From an uncultured Thiotrichaceae bacterium (GTDB taxonomy: Bacteria; Pseudomonadota; Gammaproteobacteria; SZUA-229), in assembly GCA_964522445.1 (NCBI GenBank), contig CAZFUY010000001.1, positions 387-64,386 of the forward strand: a stretch of 64,000 bases of DNA, read 5' to 3'. Shown here piece by piece: positions 49,194 through 59,209 of this stretch (the first letter of the stretch is position 1; the number at the start of each line of letters is the position of its first letter). Both the position numbers and the translations under genes were made by a program. Under the pieces are notes generated by a model that was not told the origin of the DNA, did not search any database, and saw nothing but the letters and a program-made list of their open reading frames with translations.

Positions 49194-50045
49194 ATGAAAT
49201 TAATTTTAAAAGTACTGTTAGTGCTATTAATAATAAATAATGTATTTGCAAATAACAGGGAAGATTCTATTCCTCATGTCTCAAAAAAAGCACAGGATAG
49301 TTTTCAGTTTGATTATGCCTATGCAGATTTACACAGGGCATTTGCTATAGCGCCCGGTGGAGCATGGTCATGGAGCTCGGGCAGCCCAACGGTTGAAGAT
49401 GCAAAAAAAACAGCGCTGGAAAAATGTAATTCCTATACACAGCAAACCTGTATTTTATATGCGGTTGATAACGAATTAACTTTTAACAGACAGCAATGGT
49501 ACAGATTATGGGGGCCATATAAAACAGAACAACAGGCAAAAAAATCACAGCGGGGTGTAAAAAATGGCCAGATTTTCCCCAATCTGGAATATAAAGATTT
49601 AAATGGAAAAAAGAAATCTATACACGACCTAAAAGATAAAGTGGTATTTGTGCATTTATGGGGATGCTGGTGTCCTTCATGTAAATATGAATTTGCATCA
49701 TTAATTGATATGTACAGAATTTTAAAAGATATTGCAGGTGATCAGGTTGAGTTTGTAATTTTACAGGCAAGAGAGCCAATAGAAGATGCGTTAAGATGGG
49801 CGAAATCAAGAGGCTTTGATGCTCTGCCATTATCTGACTCAGGTGTAAAAAATGAAGATGACAAAGAGTTTCGCTTAAAAGGGGGAGGAAGAATTGCTGA
49901 TAGAGAAATAGCGAAAGTTTTTCCTGCCAGTTATGTTTTAGATAAGCAGGGTGTTATTGTTTTTTCTCATATGGGTTCGATTTCTAACTGGACTGAATTT
50001 GTGCCGTTTATTAATGACGTTGTAAAAAACTCAGGGAAAGATTAG
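49194..50045 (+). CDS. Periplasmic thiol-disulfide oxidoreductase (TlpA/ResA-like thioredoxin fold) with an N-terminal DUF4189-like domain
   Basis: WGCWCPSCK (CxxC active site) in a thioredoxin-like C-terminal half. Signal peptide. N-terminal Cys-containing domain (APGGAWSWSSG...C...C). Confidence 0.65.
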   Translation: MKLILKVLLVLLIINNVFANNREDSIPHVSKKAQDSFQFDYAYADLHRAFAIAPGGAWSWSSGSPTVEDAKKTALEKCNSYTQQTCILYAVDNELTFNRQQWYRLWGPYKTEQQAKKSQRGVKNGQIFPNLEYKDLNGKKKSIHDLKDKVVFVHLWGCWCPSCKYEFASLIDMYRILKDIAGDQVEFVILQAREPIEDALRWAKSRGFDALPLSDSGVKNEDDKEFRLKGGGRIADREIAKVFPASYVLDKQGVIVFSHMGSISNWTEFVPFINDVVKNSGKD

Positions 50046-50057
50046 AGTATTCCTGGC

Positions 50058-50432
50058 TTAATTCATGTTGTTTTTTAATAACCATGTTTCAGCTTTTTCT
50101 ACATGGTCAAAATGTAGCAATTCAATTCCTTTAAGGTTTAGCATGTTTTCCAGAATCGTATTTTTATTATTTAAACTGGGAGTAACAACGGCGATTCTCC
50201 AATTGCTCTCTACTAATCGGGAAAGACTATCGCCTATTAAAAGTATTGACTCCATAGTTAAAGTTTCAGTTAACCATTGTTTTGCTTTTATTAAAATCCG
50301 AGTATTTTTGTGAGCCTGTTGTAGAAGATGAGCCTGAAAAGTCATTAGCTTTAGAGAATTAATATCCCAGTCATCTAACAGATCAATTGTTAAAAAGCGG
50401 CCGCATTGCGAAAGAGACAGATCATTAGTCAT
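50058..50432 (-). CDS. Hypothetical small protein co-transcribed with the response regulator (4-nt overlap)
   Basis: 124 aa ORF with no recognisable motifs. Translationally coupled to the upstream gene. Confidence 0.3.
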   Translation of the reverse strand: MTNDLSLSQCGRFLTIDLLDDWDINSLKLMTFQAHLLQQAHKNTRILIKAKQWLTETLTMESILLIGDSLSRLVESNWRIAVVTPSLNNKNTILENMLNLKGIELLHFDHVEKAETWLLKNNMN

Positions 50433-51211
50433 CGTAATTGCTCTTTTTCTTTCTCCAGATATTTTTTAAATATTCGGCTGAAATGAGCTACATCCTTATA
50501 GCCGACCATGGCTGTAATTTCTTTTGTGGTATAGCCTTTCTGGTTCAGACTTTTTGCATAATTCATTCGCAAACCAAAAATATAACTGCTGCAGGAACAG
50601 TTAAGATATTTTTTTACTTTTCGTTGTAGCTGGCGTTTGCTGTGAGCCATTTCATGAGCAAGATTATCAACAGAAAATTCGCCTTCCTGGATTAATGTTT
50701 CAGAGATTTCTTTTAGTTTTTCCAGGAACTGCTGTTCTTTGCTTGGTAAACCGCTGCTGATAGTTGTATCACCAGAAACAAAATGATTACGACACCAGTT
50801 GATTATACGTTGACGGTTTTTGAGTTGAGCTTTGACTCTAACCAGTAATTCATTATTTAAAAAAGGTTTGGAAATGTAGTCATCAGCGCCAAGTTCCAGC
50901 CCTGCAATAATATCTTTCTCTGTATCAAGTGATGAGATCACTAAAATAGGGATATGAGCCGTTAATTCGTCCTGTTTTAAGGTTTCTAAAATTTTTAGCC
51001 CACTGCCATCGGGTAGTTTTATATCACACAGGATTAGATCAGGGAGATCCAGATAGGATTTTTCGAGAGCGCTCTCGACTGTTTCGGCAATACTAACAGA
51101 GTAGTAAGGAGATAAAATTTCTGAGAGCAGCATTGACATCATGCTTTCATCCTCAACAATCAGGATACATGTCTGCATTTCTTTTTTCTTGTTTTGCCCA
51201 TCAAGAAGCAT
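50429..51211 (-). CDS. Response regulator with an AraC-type HTH output domain (start may be the internal Met at 51178)
   Basis: Receiver domain (ILIVEDE, DLILCDIKLPDGSG, KPF). C-terminal AraC-family HTH (AMVGYKDVAHFSRIFKKY). Confidence 0.8.
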   Translation of the reverse strand: MLLDGQNKKKEMQTCILIVEDESMMSMLLSEILSPYYSVSIAETVESALEKSYLDLPDLILCDIKLPDGSGLKILETLKQDELTAHIPILVISSLDTEKDIIAGLELGADDYISKPFLNNELLVRVKAQLKNRQRIINWCRNHFVSGDTTISSGLPSKEQQFLEKLKEISETLIQEGEFSVDNLAHEMAHSKRQLQRKVKKYLNCSCSSYIFGLRMNYAKSLNQKGYTTKEITAMVGYKDVAHFSRIFKKYLEKEKEQLR

Positions 51212-51390
51212 TAAATCATCCTTTTCACTTCTAGTGATGATCAGTTCTTTAAATTAATTAAGAGTTACGGAAACTACACTAAAACTCACAAAATTTAGAG
51301 TGATTTATTCACATTGGCACAATATCCCTTAATTCTGTCATCTTATTCTAAAACAACACTGAATTTCTTAATAAATTCAATTAGATATAT

Positions 51391-51517
51391 TATTGCAGGT
51401 ATTATATTTTATAGTGTTGCATGTTTATGCTTATGTTTTAAATCAAAAAATAATAAGCAGTAAATTTACTTGCGTTATTTGCGATTTATCTATTAATGTT
51501 ATTGATTGCAGGTATTA
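51391..51517. promoter_or_regulatory. Pair of 13-bp direct repeats (ATTGCAGGTATTA) 114 bp apart in the AT-rich region upstream of the response-regulator gene
   Basis: tattgcaggtatta at 51391-51404 and attgcaggtatta at 51505-51517. Confidence 0.3.
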
Positions 51518-51605
51518 AAAACAGCCAGTTATTAGAAGCTGGTTTTATCTGGGATTTTCTGAAAATAAGTGTGTATGTATGAAATATATGGATCAGGCAG
51601 AATTA

Positions 51606-53249
51606 TTACATATTAGGGTAATTAGGCCCTCCACCTCCTTCAGGTGTTAGCCAGACAATATTTCCTGTTGGGTCTTTAATATCACAGGTTTTACAATGTA
51701 AGCAGTTTTGAGCATTAATCTGTAATTTTGGTGTCCCATCCTCTTCTATTAACTCATAAACCCCTGCAGGGCAATAACATAACTCGGGCATATTATATTT
51801 TTCCAGATTAACCTGAATTGGAATATTTTTATCTTTTAGTTTGAGATGTACAGGTTGATCTTCTTCATGGCTGGTATTTGAAATAAATACAGAACTTAAT
51901 CGATCAAAACTTATTATGCCGTCAGGTTTTGGATAGTTAATGGCTTTTGTTTTTGTGCTGGTTTTTAGCTGTTCACGATCTTTTCCGTGATGATGCAATG
52001 TCCATGGTGCTTTTCCGCGTAATAGTTTGAGATCAATTCCAGTATGAAGTGTGCCACCCCATAGGCCCCACTTTGAGAAAGCAGGTCTAAAGTTTCTTGC
52101 CAGTTTTAGTTCTTTATAAAGCCAGGATTTTTTTAATTCCTGTGGGTAGTTTTCTAATAGATCATGGCTGCGGTTTTCTTCAAGCGCAGTAAAAATAGAT
52201 TCTGCTGCAAGCATTCCGCTTTTCATGGCTGTGTGTATGCCTTTTATTTTAGAGACGTTAAGAAATCCTGCACTACAGCCAATTAACGCGCCACCGGGGA
52301 AAATTAAATCAGGTATTGACTGTAAGCCGCCTTCATTTAGCGCTCGTGCTCCGTATGCAATTCGTTCCCCTCCCTCAAATACTTTTTTAATAGCAGGGTG
52401 AGTTTTAAATCGTTGGAACTCTTCATAGGGTGATATATGAGGGTTGCTGTAATCCAGACCTAATACAAAACCAACAGCTACCTGACTATCTTCCATGTGA
52501 TAAATAAAAGCACCGCCGTAAGTGTCACTTGTAAGTGGCCAGCCAGCGGAGTGAGTAATTAATCCTGGTTGATGATTTTCTGGTTTTACTTTCCATAATT
52601 CTTTTATGCCAATGCCGTAAGTTTGTGGATCACAATGACTACGAAGATTAAATTTTGTTATAAGTTGTTCAGAGAGTGAACCACGACAGCCTTCAGAAAA
52701 CAGGGTGTATTTTGCATGTAATTCTATGCCGGGTTCAAAACCAGGTTTTTTTTCACCTTTGGCATTTAATCCCATATCACCTGTTGCAATACCTTTAACC
52801 TGTCCATCTTCAGTGAATAATATTTCTGCGGCTGCAAAACCGGGATAAATTTCTACTTCTAATTCTTCGGCCTGTTTACCCAGCCAGCGACATAAATTGC
52901 CTAAACTAATAATATAGTTTCCTTTGTTGTGCATCTGAGGTGGTAATGTCCAGCCAGGAACAGGTAAAGATAATTTTTCTGTCAGAATAACCATCTTCTC
53001 TTTTATTACGGGGGTATTAAGTGGTGCGCCAAGATGTTTCCAGTTGGGGAAAAGTTCATCTAATGCACGGGGTTCGATAATAGCGCCAGAAAGAATATGT
53101 GCGCCAATTTCAGAACCTTTTTCAACTATGCAGACACTGATGTCTTTATTGTTTTTTTCTGCAAGCTGTTTTAAACGAATAGCTGCTGCTAACCCGGATG
53201 GGCCGCCACCAATAATGACAACATCATAGGACATGGATTCACGTTCCAT
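51606..53249 (-). CDS. etfD: Electron-transfer flavoprotein:ubiquinone oxidoreductase (ETF-QO)
   Basis: N-terminal YDVVIIGGGPSGLAAAIRL FAD motif. C-terminal 4Fe-4S region CLHCKTCDIKDP. About 545 aa. Confidence 0.9.
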   Translation of the reverse strand: MERESMSYDVVIIGGGPSGLAAAIRLKQLAEKNNKDISVCIVEKGSEIGAHILSGAIIEPRALDELFPNWKHLGAPLNTPVIKEKMVILTEKLSLPVPGWTLPPQMHNKGNYIISLGNLCRWLGKQAEELEVEIYPGFAAAEILFTEDGQVKGIATGDMGLNAKGEKKPGFEPGIELHAKYTLFSEGCRGSLSEQLITKFNLRSHCDPQTYGIGIKELWKVKPENHQPGLITHSAGWPLTSDTYGGAFIYHMEDSQVAVGFVLGLDYSNPHISPYEEFQRFKTHPAIKKVFEGGERIAYGARALNEGGLQSIPDLIFPGGALIGCSAGFLNVSKIKGIHTAMKSGMLAAESIFTALEENRSHDLLENYPQELKKSWLYKELKLARNFRPAFSKWGLWGGTLHTGIDLKLLRGKAPWTLHHHGKDREQLKTSTKTKAINYPKPDGIISFDRLSSVFISNTSHEEDQPVHLKLKDKNIPIQVNLEKYNMPELCYCPAGVYELIEEDGTPKLQINAQNCLHCKTCDIKDPTGNIVWLTPEGGGGPNYPNM

Positions 53250-53282
53250 TTTTTATCCTCTTTCTTCTGATTTTTATTTTTT

Positions 53283-53356
53283 AGGTGTCGGAGTCAAAGT
53301 TATTTATTTTAATACCAGGTCTGACATATTAGTGGCTAACTTTGACTCTGACACCT
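53283..53356. promoter_or_regulatory. 20-bp inverted repeat (1 mismatch) with a 34-bp spacer between etfA and the ETF-QO gene; candidate operator or REP-like element
   Basis: aggtgtcggagtcaaagtta / taactttgactctgacacct. Confidence 0.4.
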
Positions 53357-53374
53357 GCGGTACTTTTTATATGA

Positions 53375-54304
53375 TCACAATGCCTCTATTAATTCAGGTA
53401 TAACATCAAATAAATCAGCAACTAATCCATAATCAGCCACCTGAAAAATAGGCGCATCTTCATCTTTATTAATAGCAACAATAACTTTGCTTTCTTTCAT
53501 ACCGGCAATATGTTGAATAGCACCGCTTATGCCAACAGCAATATAAAGTTCAGGTGCGACAATTTTTCCGGTTTGTCCAACCTGAGAATCATTAGCTACA
53601 TAACCCGCGTCAACGGCTGCACGTGATGCACCAATAGCGCCATTAAGTTTATCGGCAACCGCTTCTAACAAAGCGAAGTTCTCTTTGCTGCCCATGCCTC
53701 GTCCACCGGATATAACAACTCTAGCACTGGTTAATTCGGGGCGTTCTGATTTGCTTAGTTGATGATTTTCAAAACTGGACTTATCAAAACACTCACTGCT
53801 TTCAATTGCTTCTATTGTTGCATTGCCTCCGTCTGCTGCGACTGCATCAAAAGCTGTTCCACGAATAGTAATAAGTTTTATCGCATCACTACTTTGGACA
53901 GTAGCCATAGCATTGCCTGCATAAATTGGACGAACAAAAGTGTCTTCTGATTCAATTGATGTAATATCAGATATCTGAGCTACATCGAGTAGTGCTGCAA
54001 CACGCGGCATAAAATTTTTGCCGGTGGTGGTTGCTGGTGTCAGTATATGGCTGTAACTATTAGCGAGCTGTTTAACTAATAGTGCCAGATTTTCAGCAAG
54101 TGCGTGTGCATATAATTTGTTATCAGCAGTAATAACTTTGTTCACGCCTTCTATTTTTGAAGCAGCCTGATTTACTGCATCACAGTTTTCTCCAGCAACC
54201 AATATATGAATTTCACTGCCTAACTTAAGCGCGGCGCCCACTGTATTAAGTGTTGATGATTTAAGCTGTGTATTATTATGTTCGGCTATTATAAGAATGG
54301 TCAT
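53375..54304 (-). CDS. etfA: Electron transfer flavoprotein alpha subunit
   Basis: 309 aa with C-terminal FAD-binding region ([19 protein letters not shown]). Confidence 0.9.
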   Translation of the reverse strand: MTILIIAEHNNTQLKSSTLNTVGAALKLGSEIHILVAGENCDAVNQAASKIEGVNKVITADNKLYAHALAENLALLVKQLANSYSHILTPATTTGKNFMPRVAALLDVAQISDITSIESEDTFVRPIYAGNAMATVQSSDAIKLITIRGTAFDAVAADGGNATIEAIESSECFDKSSFENHQLSKSERPELTSARVVISGGRGMGSKENFALLEAVADKLNGAIGASRAAVDAGYVANDSQVGQTGKIVAPELYIAVGISGAIQHIAGMKESKVIVAINKDEDAPIFQVADYGLVADLFDVIPELIEAL

Positions 54305-54305
54305 T

Positions 54306-55055
54306 TTAAATCACCTTTGCTTCGTTACGCAGTTTTTCAACCAGTTCTGATACAGAAGCTACTTTTATGCCTGCACTGCGTTGTTCAGGTTCGCTAACTT
54401 TCAATGTTGTTAGTCGTGGTTTTATATCAATATCTATGTCTGAAATCTGCTGAATATCCAGCGGCTTTTTCTTTGCTTTCATAATATTGGGTAATTTTGC
54501 ATAACGAGGTTCGTTAAGTCGCAAGTCTGTTGTTATAGCTGCAGGTAGTTGCAATTTTATTGTTTCTAATCCTCCATCTATTTCACGAGTAACGCTGACT
54601 TCGTTATTATTTAATTCAACTTTTGAAGCAAACGTACCCTGAGGCCAGTTCATTAATGCAGATAGCATTTGTCCGGTTTGATTACTGTCATCATCAATAG
54701 CCTGTTTGCCCAGAAGAACCAGATCGGGGGATTCAATTTCAATAACGTGTTTTAATAATTTGGCAACAGCCAGTGGTTGAAGTTCTTCGTCTGTCTGCAT
54801 TAATAAGCCACGATCAGCACCTAATGCCAAAGCGCTACGAAGTGTTTCCTGACATTCTTTTGGCCCGAGTGAGACAACAATAATTTCATCTACTTTGTTT
54901 GCTTCTTTAAGGCGTATTGCTTCTTCAACGGCTATTTCATCAAAAGGGTTAATGGACATTTTTACATTAGCCAGATCAACAGCGCTATTATCTTCATTTA
55001 CACGAATCTTGATGTTGTAATCAACAACTCGTTTAACAGCAACAAGAATTTTCAT
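54306..55055 (-). CDS. etfB: Electron transfer flavoprotein beta subunit
   Basis: [20 protein letters not shown]-terminus typical of EtfB. 249 aa. Confidence 0.9.
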   Translation of the reverse strand: MKILVAVKRVVDYNIKIRVNEDNSAVDLANVKMSINPFDEIAVEEAIRLKEANKVDEIIVVSLGPKECQETLRSALALGADRGLLMQTDEELQPLAVAKLLKHVIEIESPDLVLLGKQAIDDDSNQTGQMLSALMNWPQGTFASKVELNNNEVSVTREIDGGLETIKLQLPAAITTDLRLNEPRYAKLPNIMKAKKKPLDIQQISDIDIDIKPRLTTLKVSEPEQRSAGIKVASVSELVEKLRNEAKVI

Positions 55056-55066
55056 ATCTTATCCCT

Positions 55067-56851
55067 CTAAAATGCTTCGTCATTAAATGACATGGTACTT
55101 TTTGCGCCGGCCATCATCGTTGCAAATAAAGAACCTGTTTGTGGCAGAATGCGCTCAAAATAAAACTGAGCCGTATCAATTTTGGCCTGATAAAAAATGG
55201 CTTCATCACTGTCTCGTTTTTGCATGCCAATTTCAGCCATTCGCATCCATTGATAAGCAAGGGCGACTAATGCTAGCATTCGCAAATAATCTGTGGCAGC
55301 GACACCAATTTCATCGGGGTTTTTTATGCCACGTTGAGCGAGCACAGCGGTGATTTTCTGTAAGCGACCAAATGCTTTTGCCAGAGGCATTAAAAAATCT
55401 TTTAATTCAAAGCTCATTTCTTTTTCATAAAGATAATTGCTAACAGTGTGGAAGAAAGGTCGCAGGTTGCGGCCAAAGTGAGCGGGCATTTTTCGACCTA
55501 AAAGATCTAATGCCTGAATGCCGTTAGTACCTTCGTAAATCTGTGCAATACGTGCATCGCGCACATACTGTTCCATGCTGTTTTCACGAATATAACCGTG
55601 GCCACCAAAAACCTGCATACCAAGATTAGCCAGTTCAGAGCCGCAGTCCGTCATAAATGCTTTTACTACAGGAGTCATGAGTGCAACAAAATCTTCGGCC
55701 TGTTTGCGACGGCCAGCATCGGGATGTTTATGTGCGTGATCCAGTTCAAATGCGACCCAGCCAGCCAGTGCGCGATTGCCTTCTATTAATGCACGTTGTG
55801 TTAATAACATGCGGCGTATGTCGGCATGTACCAGAATGGGGTCAGCTTTTTCATCAGGATTTTTAGTGCCGGTTAATGCACGACCCTGCAAGCGTTCACG
55901 TGCATATTCAACTGCGCCCTGATATGAAGCTTCTGCAATGCCAAGCCCCTGTATGCCAACGCCAAGGCGTTCGTTATTCATCATCACAAACATGGCTTCC
56001 ATGCCCTTGTTTAATTTACCAATGAGATAGCCCTTGGCATCATCAAAATTCATAACGCATGTTGAGGATGCCTTAATTCCCATTTTATGTTCAATAGAGC
56101 CACAGCTAACGCCATTGGTTTCGCCACATGAGCCATCATCATTAACAGAAAGTTTTGGCACCAGGAATAAGCTGATGCCTTTAATACCTTCAGGGGCATT
56201 GGGTGTTCTGGCTAAAACCAGATGAATAATGTTTTCAGTTAGATCATGATCGCCCGCAGTAATAAATATTTTAGTGCCTGTTACAAGATAGCTATTATCA
56301 TCCTGAGGAATTGCTTTGGTACGACATAAACCCAGGTCTGTTCCGCAATGAGGTTCTGTCAAACACATAGAACCACTCCAGCTGCCTTCAACCATTTTGG
56401 CAAGATATATTTTTTTTAATTCATCACTGCCATACAGTTCGATAACATTTTCAGCACCGGCAGTCAGGCCAGGATAAAGACCAAATGAAAAGTTTGAACT
56501 GCACATGGCTTCTTCGGCCATCATGGCGACTGTTTTTGGTAATCCCTGTCCGCCATATTCTGGATCAGCCGTTAAGCTGTTTAAGCCCATTTCACAAAAA
56601 GCTTTATAGGCTTCTTTAAACCCTTCTGGTGTGGTGACAATGCCATTATCAAAGTGACAGCCTTCTTCATCACCACTTCGGTTTAATGGCTGTAACTGTT
56701 GTTCACAGAATTTACCCGTTTCTTCTAAAAGAGCATCAACTAAATCGGAACTTATTTCTTCAAAACCGGGTAAAGCCTGAATAGCTTCAGGGTCGAGAAG
56801 TTCGTTGTATACAAAGCGCATATCGCGCAGTGGAGTTTTATAACTGGCCAT
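55067..56851 (-). CDS. Long-form acyl-CoA dehydrogenase (about 594 aa, FadE/AcdA-like with C-terminal extension)
   Basis: ACAD middle/C-terminal motifs (GSWSGSMCLTEPHCGTDLG, IYEGTNGIQALDLLGRK). Confidence 0.85.
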   Translation of the reverse strand: MASYKTPLRDMRFVYNELLDPEAIQALPGFEEISSDLVDALLEETGKFCEQQLQPLNRSGDEEGCHFDNGIVTTPEGFKEAYKAFCEMGLNSLTADPEYGGQGLPKTVAMMAEEAMCSSNFSFGLYPGLTAGAENVIELYGSDELKKIYLAKMVEGSWSGSMCLTEPHCGTDLGLCRTKAIPQDDNSYLVTGTKIFITAGDHDLTENIIHLVLARTPNAPEGIKGISLFLVPKLSVNDDGSCGETNGVSCGSIEHKMGIKASSTCVMNFDDAKGYLIGKLNKGMEAMFVMMNNERLGVGIQGLGIAEASYQGAVEYARERLQGRALTGTKNPDEKADPILVHADIRRMLLTQRALIEGNRALAGWVAFELDHAHKHPDAGRRKQAEDFVALMTPVVKAFMTDCGSELANLGMQVFGGHGYIRENSMEQYVRDARIAQIYEGTNGIQALDLLGRKMPAHFGRNLRPFFHTVSNYLYEKEMSFELKDFLMPLAKAFGRLQKITAVLAQRGIKNPDEIGVAATDYLRMLALVALAYQWMRMAEIGMQKRDSDEAIFYQAKIDTAQFYFERILPQTGSLFATMMAGAKSTMSFNDEAF

Positions 56852-56869
56852 TGTTTTAATTCCTCCCCC

Positions 56870-59209
56870 TTAGTTCCTGAGTGGTTTGCCGGTTTCGAGC
56901 ATATGTTCCATTCGATCCAGAGTGTCTGGATGGTGGGCCAGGGTCATAAATGTTTTGCGCTCAAGTTCAAGCAAATCATCTTCGCTGAGAGTTTCTGTCA
57001 TATCGGTATCATCACCACTCATTACATTGGCAAGTGCCAGTGAGACAACTTCATCATGAGCTGTTGCCATGCCATTTTTTCTAAACCCACTAACTGCCAT
57101 GCTCATGGCTGTTTTTGCAGTAGCGCCTGCTAAACTAATTTCAATTTCTTCAGGCGGTTGATAATTTTCAAGCATTGATAATGCCTGTGCTTTTGCATCA
57201 GCAAGTAAACGGTAACGATTCATAGTGATGTTATCGTCGGCACGTAATAGCAACATTTCTTTGGCTTCTGCTGCAGATTTTGCAACCATTGCAGTGCTAA
57301 TCATTTCAAAAACTTTAATGGCGGGTGGCATAGGGCCTGCGGGGCGTTTTTTATTTATAAACCAGCGTTGCAGCATTTCTTTGCAGCCACCCCAGCCAGG
57401 AATTAAACCAACACCAACTTCAACAAGTCCCATGTAAGTTTCTGCATGCGCCTGTATGTGATCACAATGAAGTAATATTTCACAGCCACCACCTAATGCC
57501 ATACCCGAGGGTGCGCCAACAACAGGGAAAGGTGCATACTTAAGGGCTTTATAAGTTTGCTGACCTGATTCAATCATCTCTTCAATTTGATCCCAGCTTG
57601 CCAGGTTTGCGGCAAATAATAATAAACCGATATTGGCACCTACAGAAAAATTTGTACCTTCGTTGTAAATAACCAGTGCTTTAAAATCATTTTCTATGCG
57701 TTGAATAGCAGTATTAATCATCTTCAAAATATCAGGGTCAATAGCATTCATTTTGCTGGTAAATTCTAAACAGATAACGCCGTCACCAATATCCCATAAT
57801 GAAGCGGAGCTATTTTTCTCAATGGGTTTGCTGGCAAGTTTTATATCTGAAAGAAGTAAAATGCCCTCACCACGAATAACATTATGGTATTTGCCATCAA
57901 TGCCCAGGCTTTGTAACTGACCATTTTCTACATGATAAAATTTGCAGTTGTTTTTAGTTTGTTGCAGCGCCGTTTTTAATAGTGAAGGAATTTCTATGTC
58001 ATCTTCTTCAAGACGTTTTGCAAAAAACTCAGCACCGAGTTGATCGATTAATTCAAAGGGGCCAAACTTCCATGCGTAGCCCAGCTTCATGGCTTCATCG
58101 ACTGCAAGAATATCATCTGCAATTTCAGGTACTAAACTGGCGGCATAACTTAAAACCTGTGATAAAACTTTCCATGCATAAACACCACCTTTATCATCGT
58201 GGTTTACAAGCGCCTGTAATCCACCTTTGCGAGATGCAGAAATACTTTTTAGCCGGACTTTTTTAGCAGGGTGATATTCGCCTGTGTTTAGATTGATGGC
58301 TTCTTTTATTTTTTTACCGCCTTCACGATTTAAATGATAAAAACCACCTTTGCCTTTTCGTCCTGTATAACCTGTTTCAATTAGTTTGGTAATGAGTTCC
58401 GGGATAATAGCTTTTGCATGGAAGGCATCATCTTTTGGTAGCGTGCTGGTCATGCTTTCCATTAAGTGAGGCATTAAGTCGAGACCGACTAAATCGGATA
58501 AACCAAACACGCCAGTTTTGGGAATGCCCATGGGCCGACCCACAACAGCATCTGCTTCTTCTATGCTCAAACCCAATGCCATTGCTTCAAGAATGGAAAC
58601 CTGAATCCAGTAAATGCCAATACGGTTAGCGATAAATCCGGGAGTGTCTTTACAGTTAACAACACCTTTGCCTAATGCTATATCAGAAAACAGGTTGATG
58701 GCTTTAACAACCTCGTTCCGTGTTTTTTCACCCGTGGTGATTTCCAGTAAACGCATATAACGGGGTGGATTGAAAAAATGGGTAATTAAAAAATTAGCAG
58801 AAAATTCATCTGATAATCCATTAATTAAATCATGCAAAGGAATAGATGATGTATTTGAAGAAATAATGGCATCTGCTTTGCGTACGCCATCAATTTTATG
58901 GTAGAGATTCTGTTTGATATCCAGGCGTTCGATAACGGCTTCAATTATCCAGTCACAGTCTGCCAGTAAATCCATATTGTCTTCTACATTGCCGGTGGTG
59001 ATTAGCTTTGCATTTTTTTTATGCATAAATGCAGCAGGTTGAGCTTTTATCATTTTGCTCACTGCGGTTTCGGCAATAATATTTCGGTTGTCTGCACCTT
59101 TGGGTACTATGTCCAGAAGCACAACAGGGATACCTGCATTTGTTATATGAGCGGCAATGCCTGCGCCCATTACGCCCGCGCCAATAACAGCAACTTTATT
59201 AATTTCCAT
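56870..59209 (-). CDS. Bifunctional 3-hydroxyacyl-CoA dehydrogenase / enoyl-CoA hydratase with reversed domain order (dehydrogenase at the N-terminus)
   Basis: Internal Met MEINKVAVIGAGVMGAGIA (NAD Rossmann), whose ATG overlaps the thiolase stop TAA by 1 nt. C-terminal crotonase fold (ALVIYNEGTNFSVGANIG). The ORF-track N-extension to 59257 is probably spurious. Confidence 0.85.
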   Translation of the reverse strand: MEINKVAVIGAGVMGAGIAAHITNAGIPVVLLDIVPKGADNRNIIAETAVSKMIKAQPAAFMHKKNAKLITTGNVEDNMDLLADCDWIIEAVIERLDIKQNLYHKIDGVRKADAIISSNTSSIPLHDLINGLSDEFSANFLITHFFNPPRYMRLLEITTGEKTRNEVVKAINLFSDIALGKGVVNCKDTPGFIANRIGIYWIQVSILEAMALGLSIEEADAVVGRPMGIPKTGVFGLSDLVGLDLMPHLMESMTSTLPKDDAFHAKAIIPELITKLIETGYTGRKGKGGFYHLNREGGKKIKEAINLNTGEYHPAKKVRLKSISASRKGGLQALVNHDDKGGVYAWKVLSQVLSYAASLVPEIADDILAVDEAMKLGYAWKFGPFELIDQLGAEFFAKRLEEDDIEIPSLLKTALQQTKNNCKFYHVENGQLQSLGIDGKYHNVIRGEGILLLSDIKLASKPIEKNSSASLWDIGDGVICLEFTSKMNAIDPDILKMINTAIQRIENDFKALVIYNEGTNFSVGANIGLLLFAANLASWDQIEEMIESGQQTYKALKYAPFPVVGAPSGMALGGGCEILLHCDHIQAHAETYMGLVEVGVGLIPGWGGCKEMLQRWFINKKRPAGPMPPAIKVFEMISTAMVAKSAAEAKEMLLLRADDNITMNRYRLLADAKAQALSMLENYQPPEEIEISLAGATAKTAMSMAVSGFRKNGMATAHDEVVSLALANVMSGDDTDMTETLSEDDLLELERKTFMTLAHHPDTLDRMEHMLETGKPLRN

